64,000 bases of DNA, taken from positions 62,001 to 126,000 of the forward strand of contig JABWCP010000003.1 in NCBI GenBank assembly GCA_013360215.1, given 5' to 3'. The position numbers and the translations under genes are program-made. Position 1 is the first letter of the stretch. Every line of letters begins with the position of its first letter. The notes beneath the pieces were generated by a model. The model was not told the DNA's origin. It made no database searches and saw nothing but the letters and a program-made list of their open reading frames with translations. Source of the DNA: a bacterium. Lineage in GTDB: Bacteria > CLD3 > SB21. Below, in pieces: positions 1-9,722 of the stretch.

Positions 1-15
1 GCCATGATGGACGCT

Positions 16-182
16 AATATCGTTCATACACCTTTGAAATCAAACCACAACCCACCACGCTTCTCTACATCGCGCGATAAAATATCGTTCATACACCTTT
101 GAAATCAAACCACAACCAGAAGCAATTGAACTTAAAGCGCACATTGAATATCGTTCATACACCTTTGAAATCAAACCACAAC
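16..182. CRISPR. CRISPR array end, truncated by window start: 3 identical 36-bp repeats AATATCGTTCATACACCTTTGAAATCAAACCACAAC at 16-51, 81-116, 147-182
   Basis: Three exact 36-bp direct repeats separated by unique 29-bp and 30-bp spacers, plus a partial spacer at 1-15. Reverse complement GTTGTGGTTTGATTTCAAAGGTGTATGAACGATATT; the length, GTTG start and ~30-nt spacers are typical of type II(-C) arrays. Confidence 0.93.
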
Positions 183-282
183 CGTGTAACTATAAATAAA
201 TTATTCTTTGTAAAGATCGCTCAAAGATTATCGAAATTAAACAACAAAATACTTTTGTTTATCTCACCGAAGCATTCCCAAT

Positions 283-316
283 AAAAAAACCGCGCGGTCT
301 CCCGAGCGGTTTTTTT
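283..316. terminator. Bidirectional intrinsic terminator
   Basis: A7-CCGCGCGG-TCTC-CCGAGCGG-T7 hairpin downstream of the 339..1475 gene and facing the array flank. Confidence 0.8.
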
Positions 317-338
317 AACGAGAAAAATATTAATCGGA

Positions 339-1475
339 TCAGGCTTCCGCACCTTTGAAAGGTTTGAATTCGATCCAGTCATTTTCTTTGAAAATGTCTT
401 TCAACAGTTCACGATCTTTATCAGTGGGCAATACCGTTTCGCGATAGGTCTTGTATTGCTCTTCACTCAAAAGACGACCGTCCACTGTGTACGGCTGTTT
501 GGCATGCAGACCGATGCTGCGGTTAAACTTTACATCGGGCACGATCAATTTGGGCATTTCGCGAGGGATCAGAGTATTCATGTCCTCCACGAGTTTGCTG
601 ATCTCGGCGATATACAGATCGCGTGCAAGCTGATTGAGTTTGTCTTTCTGCACTTCTTCATCCGTCTCATGTTCATTAAAACGACCTTTGAGACCCCATA
701 CATATGCCCAGTGCGCGTTGGACGAATTATCCGTTCCGAAAAGATCGTAGGCGGTAGGAACCCATTTGTTAAAATATTTCTGAATAATCTCGACCGGTAT
801 TTTGCCCGCTTTGATGATACGCTTGAGGCCGTTATTACCTGTGCCAAGGTGAAATGATTCTTCTTTGAGCATAGGATTCATACTCATCGAGAGCGGCATA
901 AATGCCGAATGGCTCAGCATTTTGAGCTGAAACTTACCGTCCCGATCAATGAATTCGGTATAGGTGTAAAGATCGAGCCAGTTTTCCATCACTTCATTAA
1001 ATGAACCCAGTAACCGTTTTTGTTCAAACGCACGGCGCTCCAGGAGTTTCATCGCTTCTTTGCGGCCGGCATCGCCGAAGTGCGTCACTAAGATGTGACT
1101 CATTTGCCAACCGTGGCGCATTTCTTCCGCGTTAATACGCATCAGCGCATAGAGATCGTAATCGCTGGGCGCACGATCCACCAGATACCGCTGCTGTTCG
1201 ACCGAGGCAAATTCCGTATCGCCTTGGAATACGATCAACTGCTGCAACGCATCGCGAATACCCTGATTGGGTATGTCCAGCACGCGTTCCCACTTACGAT
1301 CACCTCTAAAATCGCCGAATTCGATTTCGTTGTACTTCAGCGCTTCGTACTTGGGTTCCAATTTGTAGTTGGGAAGAAACCGCTTAAAAGTTTTTTCATC
1401 ATAGCCGATGTCTTTTTTCCATTCTTGGAAAAGATCAATCCAATCGTCAAATGTGGAAACCTGTGCTTTGATCAT
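339..1475 (-). CDS. Ferritin-like diiron aryl-CoA epoxidase, BoxB/PaaA family
   Basis: QGDTEFASVEQQ, EEMRH and EESFH (two EExxH diiron motifs), DRDGKFQL and WGLKGR resemble BoxB. Confidence 0.85.
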   Translation of the reverse strand: MIKAQVSTFDDWIDLFQEWKKDIGYDEKTFKRFLPNYKLEPKYEALKYNEIEFGDFRGDRKWERVLDIPNQGIRDALQQLIVFQGDTEFASVEQQRYLVDRAPSDYDLYALMRINAEEMRHGWQMSHILVTHFGDAGRKEAMKLLERRAFEQKRLLGSFNEVMENWLDLYTYTEFIDRDGKFQLKMLSHSAFMPLSMSMNPMLKEESFHLGTGNNGLKRIIKAGKIPVEIIQKYFNKWVPTAYDLFGTDNSSNAHWAYVWGLKGRFNEHETDEEVQKDKLNQLARDLYIAEISKLVEDMNTLIPREMPKLIVPDVKFNRSIGLHAKQPYTVDGRLLSEEQYKTYRETVLPTDKDRELLKDIFKENDWIEFKPFKGAEA

Positions 1476-1510
1476 AACGCGGCCTTTCGGTTAGGAGTTA
1501 TTTATGTGAA

Positions 1511-2209
1511 TTATGATTGTAAATTCTTTTGTAAGAAACCGCTCAGAAAAATATCCACCATCTGCTTGGAAATACGGGCGATATTAGTGGTATTGTGGGT
1601 ACGTTTTTTGGGATTGTACCACGTATAAGTCCAGTTCATCATACCGAAAAGAGCCAACGCGGCAATTTTGATCTCCGGCGTCGTCCGACGGGCAGATTTG
1701 TTGTTTTTGGAGATTACCATTTCGGAGAGTATGGTTTCTAAAATTTTAAGATAATTTTTCTTCTTTTCATTAATAATGCGATGATACTCTCCGGTCAGCG
1801 AATCGCTCTCCAACGCGAGTATTTTCATAGCGTCAAGGTGCGTGACAAAATAGAGCAAATGATTTTGAACGAGGATGTGCAGTTTCAACACCGGATCGTG
1901 GACGTGTGCAAGTTTTTCGTGCAGCGAACCGATAACCGAGTTAAATGAGTACTGCGAAATCAAAAACAAAAGCTCTTCTTTAGTTTTAAAATAATAATAC
2001 AAACCGGCCAAACTCGTATGCATTGCTCCGGCTATGTCGCGCATGGACGTATTGTGATATCCTTGCTCGGAAAAAAGAGTCGCTGAGCGCTCCAGGATGT
2101 CGTTGAGCCGCAGATGAAATCGCGCCTGGTCACCTGCATTTTCAGGCATATATAACCGGCGTTTGGGCACGGTACTGCGTACGGATGATTTGGTGACGGC
2201 AGTGTTCAT
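1511..2209 (-). CDS. TetR/AcrR family regulator (PaaR/KstR2-like)
   Basis: HTH LFSEQGYHNTSMRDIA...LYYYFKTKEELL; C-terminal LFGMMNWTYTWYNP. Confidence 0.9.
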   Translation of the reverse strand: MNTAVTKSSVRSTVPKRRLYMPENAGDQARFHLRLNDILERSATLFSEQGYHNTSMRDIAGAMHTSLAGLYYYFKTKEELLFLISQYSFNSVIGSLHEKLAHVHDPVLKLHILVQNHLLYFVTHLDAMKILALESDSLTGEYHRIINEKKKNYLKILETILSEMVISKNNKSARRTTPEIKIAALALFGMMNWTYTWYNPKKRTHNTTNIARISKQMVDIFLSGFLQKNLQS

Positions 2210-2235
2210 AAATCAGGTTTGATTCGGTTATACAA

Positions 2236-2253
2236 TTCGAACGAACGTTCGAA
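2236..2253. promoter_or_regulatory. PaaR-type TetR operator palindrome TTCGAACG-AA-CGTTCGAA
   Basis: Perfect 8-bp inverted repeat immediately downstream of the -10 of the tetR promoter; the core CGAACGAACGTTCG fits the Thermus PaaR consensus CNAACGNNCGTTNG. Confidence 0.75.
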
Positions 2254-2281
2254 ATCTAAGCGACCGTCGGCATATTGTCAA
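2253..2281 (-). promoter_or_regulatory. sigma70 promoter for the tetR-boxB-like operon
   Basis: Minus strand TTGACA-17 bp-TAGATT. Confidence 0.7.
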
Positions 2282-2406
2282 ATTTATTTTTTTACGGCAA
2301 TCCCGTCGTTTATTTTATCCGTTCATGACTTTCCCGTTGAAACTTCCTGTCATGATTCGTATATATTCAAAATACATCTCCATTTCCCAAATTTGATTTT
2401 TTTTTC

Positions 2407-3210
2407 ATGTCTTCAGTTGCCGTCAAAACGCCTGCACCCAAGAGAAAATTCAGTCAGAATTTTCTGACTAATCCGCATTATGTGCGAAAGATCGTGGATG
2501 CGGCAAATTTATCCTCCGGCGACACCGCGGTCGAAATCGGATGCGGTAAAGGTGCGCTGACCGAACTTCTGCTGGAGAGCGGCGCGACCCTTCACGGTGT
2601 TGAAATCGATCCCGATATGATCCGTATTCTCACGGAACGTTTTTCCCAACATCCGCGTTTTACATTGCATCATCAGGACATACTTACTTTTGATTTTCAC
2701 GGTATGGCTTCCGGTTTTCCTTTGACCGTTATCGGCAACCTCCCGTATCATATTTCCAGTCCGATTTTATTTCATTTGATGGAATCCGGGCCGATCATCC
2801 GACAAGCCCTGATCATGGTACAAAAAGAAGTCGCCGAACGCATCGTGGGAAAACCGCACAGCAAAGATTACGGCATTCTTTCCATTTTTTGCCAATACCA
2901 TGCAGCCTGTGAAAAACTTTTTGATTTGCCACCCGGCGCTTTTTTCCCGGCACCCAAAGTGACGTCATCCATTGTACGGATGACCTTCCATCGCGATATG
3001 ACGCCCTGGCCTCATTATCCGCTTTTTGTAAAAATCGTCAAGACCGGATTTAATCAGCGTCGGAAAATGTTGCGTAATTCCCTTTCTTCGTTTGAAGGCA
3101 TCAACAACGTCACGATAGATTTGAGTCAACGCCCGGAAAATCTTTCGGTAGAAGATTTTATCCGGCTAACCGATGAACTTGCTATGCATCAGAGGCATTA
3201 TGCGGCCTAA
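2407..3210 (+). CDS. rsmA: 16S rRNA (A1518/A1519) dimethyltransferase
   Basis: SQNFL, VEIGCGKGALT, GNLPYHISSP, MVQKEVAER, FNQRRKMLRNSL. Confidence 0.97.
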   Translation: MSSVAVKTPAPKRKFSQNFLTNPHYVRKIVDAANLSSGDTAVEIGCGKGALTELLLESGATLHGVEIDPDMIRILTERFSQHPRFTLHHQDILTFDFHGMASGFPLTVIGNLPYHISSPILFHLMESGPIIRQALIMVQKEVAERIVGKPHSKDYGILSIFCQYHAACEKLFDLPPGAFFPAPKVTSSIVRMTFHRDMTPWPHYPLFVKIVKTGFNQRRKMLRNSLSSFEGINNVTIDLSQRPENLSVEDFIRLTDELAMHQRHYAA

Positions 3211-4561
3211 AGCGGAAATCGAAATTGACAAAGAATTGATTGACGACATCAAAGATCTCGTCGATTCCAAAGCAGAACTTCTTGTTCGTAATATTCTGAG
3301 CGATCTGCACCCGTCCGACATTTCAGAAATCTTGGATCACTTGGATGAAGAGGAACGGAATTACGTTTTTCAGGTGATCGAACCTGAAAAAGCCTCGGAA
3401 GTCATCCTTGAACTGAATGCTACGTCGCGCGAAAACGTACTCGATAATCTGGATGAAGAACAAATCACCGAGATCATCGAAGAGATGCAAACGGACGATG
3501 CGGCCAATATCGTACAGGAACTCGACGACGAAACGGCCAAACGCGTTCTAGACCAACTTGATTATGAAGATCAGCAGGAAGTCAAGGAACTGCTGAAATA
3601 TGACGAGGATACGGCCGGCGGTCTCATGCAGCTTGAGTTTGTATCCGTGATTGATACCAGTACGATGGTGCAAGCGACTAACGAAGCGCGTAAAAAAGCC
3701 GCGGACGTCGAAAAAATACACGATATCTATGTCGTCAACAGCTACGGTCACTTAGTCGGTTCAATCTCCATCGAAAAATTACTCGTGGAACCGGCTGAAA
3801 AACATGTCGCCGAAGTAATGCATCAGGAAATCCCGTTTGCCAAAACAGACGAGGATCAGGAAGAAGTCGCCCATTTATTCAAAAAATACGATCTGATCGC
3901 TTTGCCGGTCGTGACACGCGCCGGTAAACTGGTAGGCCGTATCACCATTGACGACATCGTGGACGTTATCGAGCAGGAAGCTTCCGAAGACGTTTCCAAA
4001 ATGGCCGGCTCCGTGGATGAAGATGTCAGCGAACAATCTACATTTCGTATTTCCAAGTCGCGTTTGCCTTGGCTTTTTACGGCTCTGGCCGGTGAAACGG
4101 TTGCCGCTTTTGTTTTGAGCCGATTCGAATCGTCGCTCAACGCGATATTGGCCTTGGCTTTTTTCGTTCCGATCATTATGGCAATGGCCGGTAATATCGC
4201 CATACAATGTTCATCCATCGTCATTCGCGGTCTCGCCACCGGTGAAATCAGTATCATTGATATTCAGCGCCAAATATTCAAAGAGTTGCGCGTCGCAACC
4301 ATCAACGGGTTCGCATTGGGCATCGCTTTGGGGATGATCGTCGCGCTATGGATCGGAAATATGCAAGTGGCCTTTGTGGTGGGTATCGCTCTGATCTGCG
4401 TTATATTTTTTGCCGCCTTCAACGGCACCTTATTCCCTCTTTTGCTCAAAAAACTCAATATTGATCCCGCTTTAGCTGCAGGACCTTTTGTCACAATGAC
4501 CAACGATACGATCGGTATTCTGATTTATCTGGGTATCGCGACGTTGCTGCTAATACGATAG
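3200..4561 (+). CDS. mgtE: Magnesium transporter MgtE
   Basis: Acidic N-domain, CBS pair (TAGGLM; GRITIDDIVD), RLPWL, AMAGN and DPALAAGPFVTMTND. Start placed at ATG 3200, overlapping the rsmA stop. Confidence 0.95.
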   Translation: MRPKAEIEIDKELIDDIKDLVDSKAELLVRNILSDLHPSDISEILDHLDEEERNYVFQVIEPEKASEVILELNATSRENVLDNLDEEQITEIIEEMQTDDAANIVQELDDETAKRVLDQLDYEDQQEVKELLKYDEDTAGGLMQLEFVSVIDTSTMVQATNEARKKAADVEKIHDIYVVNSYGHLVGSISIEKLLVEPAEKHVAEVMHQEIPFAKTDEDQEEVAHLFKKYDLIALPVVTRAGKLVGRITIDDIVDVIEQEASEDVSKMAGSVDEDVSEQSTFRISKSRLPWLFTALAGETVAAFVLSRFESSLNAILALAFFVPIIMAMAGNIAIQCSSIVIRGLATGEISIIDIQRQIFKELRVATINGFALGIALGMIVALWIGNMQVAFVVGIALICVIFFAAFNGTLFPLLLKKLNIDPALAAGPFVTMTNDTIGILIYLGIATLLLIR

Positions 4562-4574
4562 AGATTTTGAAGCA

Positions 4575-4946
4575 TTATTTTTTTTCGATGATCACGGTCG
4601 CCGTGGCATAATGATCGGCATGCGAAACCGTAATGTGTATCTGCTGCCCCGCCAATTCTTTTTTTAATTCACCATAAAGTTCTATCGAAGGCACACCCCG
4701 TGCATCCGTGATGACCTCCGCATCCAGCCATCCGTGGGGATGAAATTTACCCACCCGCGCCGCTTTGATCAACGCTTCTTTGACGGCAAATCGAACGGCC
4801 AGCGACGGATACGGATCTTTTTTAGAATACGCGTACGTTATTTCTCCCGAGGTAAATACCCGATGAATAAAACGGTCCCCATACGCTTCACAGCTTTGGC
4901 GTATACGCGCTATTTCGACAATGTCCGTGCCTATCCCTGCGATCAT
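4575..4946 (-). CDS. acpS: Holo-ACP synthase
   Basis: GIGTDIVEIARI, RFAVKEALIKA, ITVSH. Confidence 0.95.
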   Translation of the reverse strand: MIAGIGTDIVEIARIRQSCEAYGDRFIHRVFTSGEITYAYSKKDPYPSLAVRFAVKEALIKAARVGKFHPHGWLDAEVITDARGVPSIELYGELKKELAGQQIHITVSHADHYATATVIIEKK

Positions 4947-5575
4947 GATCGGCTCCGTGTTTCATCCCATAGGCGCATCGCCTCAGAAAATTTTCCGCGG
5001 GCGGCGGTTTGTGAAATCGATTGAAGCGCTTCCGAAATCTCGCCATCGCTTGCTCCGACGTGTACGGCACCTCGCAAATGGGACATGAGTTGCCGTTCTC
5101 GACCCATCGCCGCCAGCGCGCTGATCACGCACAGCTCGCGCTCTTTGGCCGTCAGTATAGGCCGACTCAGGACTTTGCCGTATCCTTCAAAAATCATCCA
5201 GTCCCGGATATCGGTGCTGAGCGACTGCATATTATGCATAAGTTTATCAAAATTTTTATCGTAAATCATCGCACACAAGGCCATACCGTCTGATTTGATT
5301 TGTTCTTCTGTTCGCATCTCGACCCAATTGTTATCAGCAATACCGCGGTGTTTGAGCGTCGCGCCAAGTACGATCAAGCCTTCGATCGCCGATGGAAACC
5401 CGCTGAAAAGATAATTTTGCAGTATCACTTCTTTGATGCGCAATACGTCATACCCGGCATCCAGTGCCGTTGCAATACTTTCGCGCATCGGCTCGGCATC
5501 GTGTATGGCGACACACGCCGATAGACGGCAAAACAGATTTAATTCGGGAGATAAAGCGGAAGGCGTTGCACTCAT
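4943..5575 (-). CDS. Carboxymuconolactone decarboxylase/AhpD-like family protein
   Basis: YGKVLSRPILTAKERELCVISALAAMG...QLMSHLRGAVHVGAS; no CxxC. Confidence 0.8.
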   Translation of the reverse strand: MSATPSALSPELNLFCRLSACVAIHDAEPMRESIATALDAGYDVLRIKEVILQNYLFSGFPSAIEGLIVLGATLKHRGIADNNWVEMRTEEQIKSDGMALCAMIYDKNFDKLMHNMQSLSTDIRDWMIFEGYGKVLSRPILTAKERELCVISALAAMGRERQLMSHLRGAVHVGASDGEISEALQSISQTAARGKFSEAMRLWDETRSRS

Positions 5576-5584
5576 AACCGTTAT

Positions 5585-6826
5585 TTATGCGCTTAGCGCC
5601 TGTTCCCACGGCAGGCTGATGATAAATTCCGTACCCTTACCTAAAACGCTGGTCACAGCGATCGAGCCGCCGTGTTTTTGAATAATCGCCTGCGAAATAG
5701 CAAGTCCAAATCCCGTGCCTTCAGCTTCCGGTTTTGTCGTAAAACCCGGATCGAAAACCTGAGAAATATGTTCTTCGGCTATTCCTTGCCCGTCATCTTT
5801 GATGGATACGCGAATGCCGTCCGGACCGCGCCAGGTGCGAATCCAAATATGGCCTTCTTTCTGAATAGACTGCGCCGAGTTTTGTAAAAGATTGACCATA
5901 ACTTGTGTCAGCGGTCCCGGTAAACCTTTGATGGAGGGTAACGGGGTATAATCTTTATGAAAGGTTATTTTGTTTTTGTATTTGATGCGAAGAAGATGCA
6001 GAGCGCGTTCGATTTGTTTTTCGATATCCACCGCGATCCATTGCTGATCATCATTACGGGCAAATCCTTTAAGTTCGCTCAATAAGTCCATCGCAAAAAC
6101 AGACGCATTGGCGATCGTCTCCATCATTTGTTCAAAATCATGCGTGAGTTCAGCTACCCGTTTTTCGCGCATCAAAAGCTGAACATCGATCGCCGAAAAA
6201 TTGGCAGATGTTACGGTGTCCAAAAATTCTTTCAGATCTTTCCATTCATGCTGCGCCAAAGTTACGGCATGATTGATATTGGCGATCGGGCCGCCCAGTT
6301 CGTGACTTACATCGCTTAAAAGTTTGCCCAGCGCGGATAATTTTTCCGCTCGGACAAGTCCTTCCTGCGCGGCTTGCAATTCACGAAACGCTTTTTCGTA
6401 TGCGATCTTATGATGGTAATGATCAACCGCGCGATGAATAGTCACACGAAAATGTTCGGCATCAAACGGTTTGGGAATGAATTTATAAATCTGACCTTTA
6501 TTGATCGAGTCAATCACCAAATCAATATCCGAATAGGCTGTAACCATGATACGCATGGCCTCGGGAGCTATTTCCTGTGACTTCATCAGAAATTCGTTGC
6601 CGGTCATGCCTTCCATTTTTTGATCGGATACGATCACGACGGTATCCGGGTGCTGTTTTAGAATATCCAAGCCTTCAAAACCGCTGCTCGCAGTGAATAC
6701 CTGATAATGCTCGTCGAGAATACGCTCCATGATATTGGTAATCACGTACTCATCATCCACACATAGAACTTTGAGTTTTGCGCGGCTTTCAGGCGAATCT
6801 TGTTCTTTACCAATACGATTGAACAT
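5585..6826 (-). CDS. Cytoplasmic hybrid receiver-histidine kinase (NtrB-like)
   Basis: REC domain (VDDE, SDQKM, KPF), H-box VSHELGGP, N-box NLLQNS, DDGQGI, FTTK, GTGFGL. Start placed at ATG 6826, after the lon stop. Confidence 0.9.
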   Translation of the reverse strand: MFNRIGKEQDSPESRAKLKVLCVDDEYVITNIMERILDEHYQVFTASSGFEGLDILKQHPDTVVIVSDQKMEGMTGNEFLMKSQEIAPEAMRIMVTAYSDIDLVIDSINKGQIYKFIPKPFDAEHFRVTIHRAVDHYHHKIAYEKAFRELQAAQEGLVRAEKLSALGKLLSDVSHELGGPIANINHAVTLAQHEWKDLKEFLDTVTSANFSAIDVQLLMREKRVAELTHDFEQMMETIANASVFAMDLLSELKGFARNDDQQWIAVDIEKQIERALHLLRIKYKNKITFHKDYTPLPSIKGLPGPLTQVMVNLLQNSAQSIQKEGHIWIRTWRGPDGIRVSIKDDGQGIAEEHISQVFDPGFTTKPEAEGTGFGLAISQAIIQKHGGSIAVTSVLGKGTEFIISLPWEQALSA

Positions 6827-6836
6827 AATGCGTATA

Positions 6837-9257
6837 TTATCCTTTGCGACGTCGTTTTGAAGAAGATGACGGCGTACGCAGGTTGCGTGATATTTTTTTA
6901 GAGCGATCGTTTTCAAATACATGCGGCAACACGTCGTCAATATGATCAGCAAAAATAAAGGTAAGCGATGACTTCACATATTCCGGTACATCATCAAGAT
7001 CGTTTTTATTGAGCTTTGGTAGTATCACAGTCTTAATACCGGCGCGTCGGGCGGCGACCACTTTTTCACGAATACCGCCCACGGGCATCACCTTTCCGCG
7101 TAGAGTAATTTCACCGGTCATGGCAATATCATGGCGAACTTTTTTTCCGGTAAGCAGCGAGGTCAGACACACGACGATCGTCACACCGGCCGACGGACCG
7201 TCTTTGGGTGTTGCTCCCGACGGGATATGCATGTGTATTTCATTTTTATCAAAAATCTTGGGATCAATACCCAAGTCGCCGGCTTTGGAACGAATATATG
7301 AGATCGCCGCTTGCGCCGATTCTTTCATAACATTCCCCAATTGCCCCGTCATCTGCATACCGCGGTTGCCTTGCATAAGGCGCGCTTCGATAAAAAGAAT
7401 CTCACCGCCGTTCATAGTCCATGCCAAACCGGTTGCTACACCGGTCTCCGAGGTACGTCGCGCCACTTCAGGAAATACTTTTTGCGGACCGAGGTATTCG
7501 ACGATATCCGGCAACTGGACTTTGGCTTTATTTTTATTTCCTTCGGCTTTTTTACGAGCGATTTTGCGACAAACATTGGCTATTTCGCGTTCCAGATTAC
7601 GTACGCCCGATTCCCAGGTATAGGATGCGATGATCTGATACACAGCTTCATCGGTTATTTCGATATCGCTTTCTTTTAATCCGTTTTCTTCGATCTGCCG
7701 CGGGATAATATATTTTCTGGCAATCTGCAGCTTGTCCTCCGCGATGTAACCCGACAGGCGAATAACTTCCATACGATCCAGCAGCGGCGCAGGTATCGGG
7801 GAAATTTCATTGGCCGTAGCGATAAACATTACATCGCTCAGATCAAAAGGAATGTCAACATAGTGATCGTTAAATGAACCGTTTTGTGCCGGATCGAGCA
7901 CTTCTAAAAGCGCGCTGGACGGGTCGCCGCGGAAATCCTGCCCGATTTTATCTATTTCATCCAGCATAAAAACGGGATTCGAACTTTGGCAACGGCGGAT
8001 TTCTTGTATTATTTTTCCCGGTAATGCTCCGATATAGGTACGGCGATGACCACGTATTTCGGCTTCATCTTTGACACCACCGAGGCTAAAACGGACAAAT
8101 TTTCTACCGATAGCTCGCGCAATCGAGCGACCAAGCGATGTTTTACCGACGCCCGGAGGACCCAAAAAACATAGGATCGGGCTTTTGCTGTCTTTCCGTA
8201 ATTTTTTGACGGCAAGAAATTCCAATATGCGGTTTTTAACATCATCCAGATCGTAATGGTCTTCATCCAAAATCTTTTTGGCTTTTTTGAGATCAATCCT
8301 ATCCCGCGTGGCATTATACCAGGGCAGCTCGAGCAGCCAGTCCACGTACGTTTTGCTCACGGTATACTCTGCTGCACTAGGCGACATTTGCGACAGACGG
8401 CTGATTTCCTTCATGGCCGCTTCCTTGGCTTCGGCGGGCATTTTCTTTTTTTCGACGGCCGCCTTAAGCTCTTCGACTTCGACCGAACCGTCATCATCTT
8501 CACCTAATTCGTGACGAATGGCCTTAATTTGTTCACGCAAAAAATATTCACGCTGATTTTTGCTGAGTTCGGCGTTGACTTCCGTTTGTATCTTGTTATT
8601 GAGCTCCAGCAATTGTATCTCACGGCTGATGGCCGACATTACCTTCGTGAGCCGCTCTTTCACGCCGATAGATTCTAATATTTCCTGCTTTTCGTTCAAT
8701 TCGATATTAAGACTCGAAGCAACCATATCGGCCAGCTTATCAGGCTCACGAATGTTGCTGACAATAACTTTGAGTTCATCGGGCAATATGGGCGAGAGCG
8801 TAACCATTTTCTGAAAACTTTCCGACACACCGCGTTTCAGGGCATCGGTTTCCAAATCATCCGCTGACGGCACATGGATCGGTTCCACCTGACCGCTCAG
8901 ATAGAGACCCTCCGGTGTTGCCGCTTTGAGGCGAATACGCGAAAAACCCTGAATGAGCAAACGCACACTGCCATCGGGAACCTGAAACATCTTAAGCACA
9001 TTGACCGCCGTACCGACACCGTAGAGATCTTCAAATGACGGATTTTCTTTGTCGGGTTGACGTAAAGTAAATACGCCGATGATTTTGTGGGACGAAAGCG
9101 CTTCTTGCACAAGCTGAACATGGTTTTTTTCCATTACCACAAGAGGAAATACTACAAAAGGAAAAATCACATTATCCCGTAACGGAAGTATGGGTAGTTT
9201 TTCCGGAATCGCTATGGAATCGGATTTCATGTCTGTCGAAATATTTGCTTCAGGCAT
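6837..9257 (-). CDS. lon: Lon protease
   Basis: LPILPLRD N-domain, GPPGVGKTS Walker A, LDEIDK, PKDGPSAG catalytic Ser. Confidence 0.98.
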   Translation of the reverse strand: MPEANISTDMKSDSIAIPEKLPILPLRDNVIFPFVVFPLVVMEKNHVQLVQEALSSHKIIGVFTLRQPDKENPSFEDLYGVGTAVNVLKMFQVPDGSVRLLIQGFSRIRLKAATPEGLYLSGQVEPIHVPSADDLETDALKRGVSESFQKMVTLSPILPDELKVIVSNIREPDKLADMVASSLNIELNEKQEILESIGVKERLTKVMSAISREIQLLELNNKIQTEVNAELSKNQREYFLREQIKAIRHELGEDDDGSVEVEELKAAVEKKKMPAEAKEAAMKEISRLSQMSPSAAEYTVSKTYVDWLLELPWYNATRDRIDLKKAKKILDEDHYDLDDVKNRILEFLAVKKLRKDSKSPILCFLGPPGVGKTSLGRSIARAIGRKFVRFSLGGVKDEAEIRGHRRTYIGALPGKIIQEIRRCQSSNPVFMLDEIDKIGQDFRGDPSSALLEVLDPAQNGSFNDHYVDIPFDLSDVMFIATANEISPIPAPLLDRMEVIRLSGYIAEDKLQIARKYIIPRQIEENGLKESDIEITDEAVYQIIASYTWESGVRNLEREIANVCRKIARKKAEGNKNKAKVQLPDIVEYLGPQKVFPEVARRTSETGVATGLAWTMNGGEILFIEARLMQGNRGMQMTGQLGNVMKESAQAAISYIRSKAGDLGIDPKIFDKNEIHMHIPSGATPKDGPSAGVTIVVCLTSLLTGKKVRHDIAMTGEITLRGKVMPVGGIREKVVAARRAGIKTVILPKLNKNDLDDVPEYVKSSLTFIFADHIDDVLPHVFENDRSKKISRNLRTPSSSSKRRRKG

Positions 9258-9266
9258 AGATAGTTA

Positions 9267-9722
9267 TTATTCGATCACTATGTTTGTAACACGCGATGAG
9301 CGCGAGGTATCTTTTTTTAATCGTACGATAAGAAAACCGTTTTCGTAACCGGCTTTGATGGCCTGATCTTGTATGCGTGTATTGACTTTGATGCGCCGTT
9401 CAAAAGGGCCGAAATCTATTTCCATTTTATGGTAATGTCTTTTTTCGCTGAATTTCATTTCATGACGATGGCCGCTCACCGTCAGAATGCCGGCTTCGTA
9501 TGTCAATCGTATATCGTCCTGTTTGACGTTGGCGATATCCATCACTACGATAAATTCATCATCCGTCTCCAAGACATCGGTGGGCGGGTGCCAACGTTTT
9601 TCGGAGTGCAGCAAAATGGGAAACTTGGTATTAAAAAGGTTGGAAAAAATAAAATCCATATCATCATCTACGCCGCGTAAACGGTGGATGGAATATTTTT
9701 TATCGTCTTCCATATCATCCAT
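9267..9722 (-). CDS. Hsp20/alpha-crystallin small heat shock protein
   Basis: WHPPTDV, MEIDFGPFER, AGYENGFL; immediately upstream of lon. Confidence 0.92.
   Translation of the reverse strand: MDDMEDDKKYSIHRLRGVDDDMDFIFSNLFNTKFPILLHSEKRWHPPTDVLETDDEFIVVMDIANVKQDDIRLTYEAGILTVSGHRHEMKFSEKRHYHKMEIDFGPFERRIKVNTRIQDQAIKAGYENGFLIVRLKKDTSRSSRVTNIVIE

Noticed and set aside
52-146. Self-targeting by CRISPR spacers within the window
   Set aside because: No match noticed by eye; a computed alignment would be needed to exclude it fully.
99-284. 61-aa ORF on the + strand
   Set aside because: It reads through CRISPR repeats, spacers and the AT-rich flank; spurious.
350-360. 11-bp match CACCTTTGAAA to the CRISPR repeat as a possible anti-repeat or degenerate repeat
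   Set aside because: Short, lies within the last codons of the boxB-like gene, and does not extend on either side.
6827-6952. Long overlap between the hybrid kinase ORF and lon
   Set aside because: Artefact of the longest-ORF call; ATG 6826 just after the lon stop is the more plausible start.
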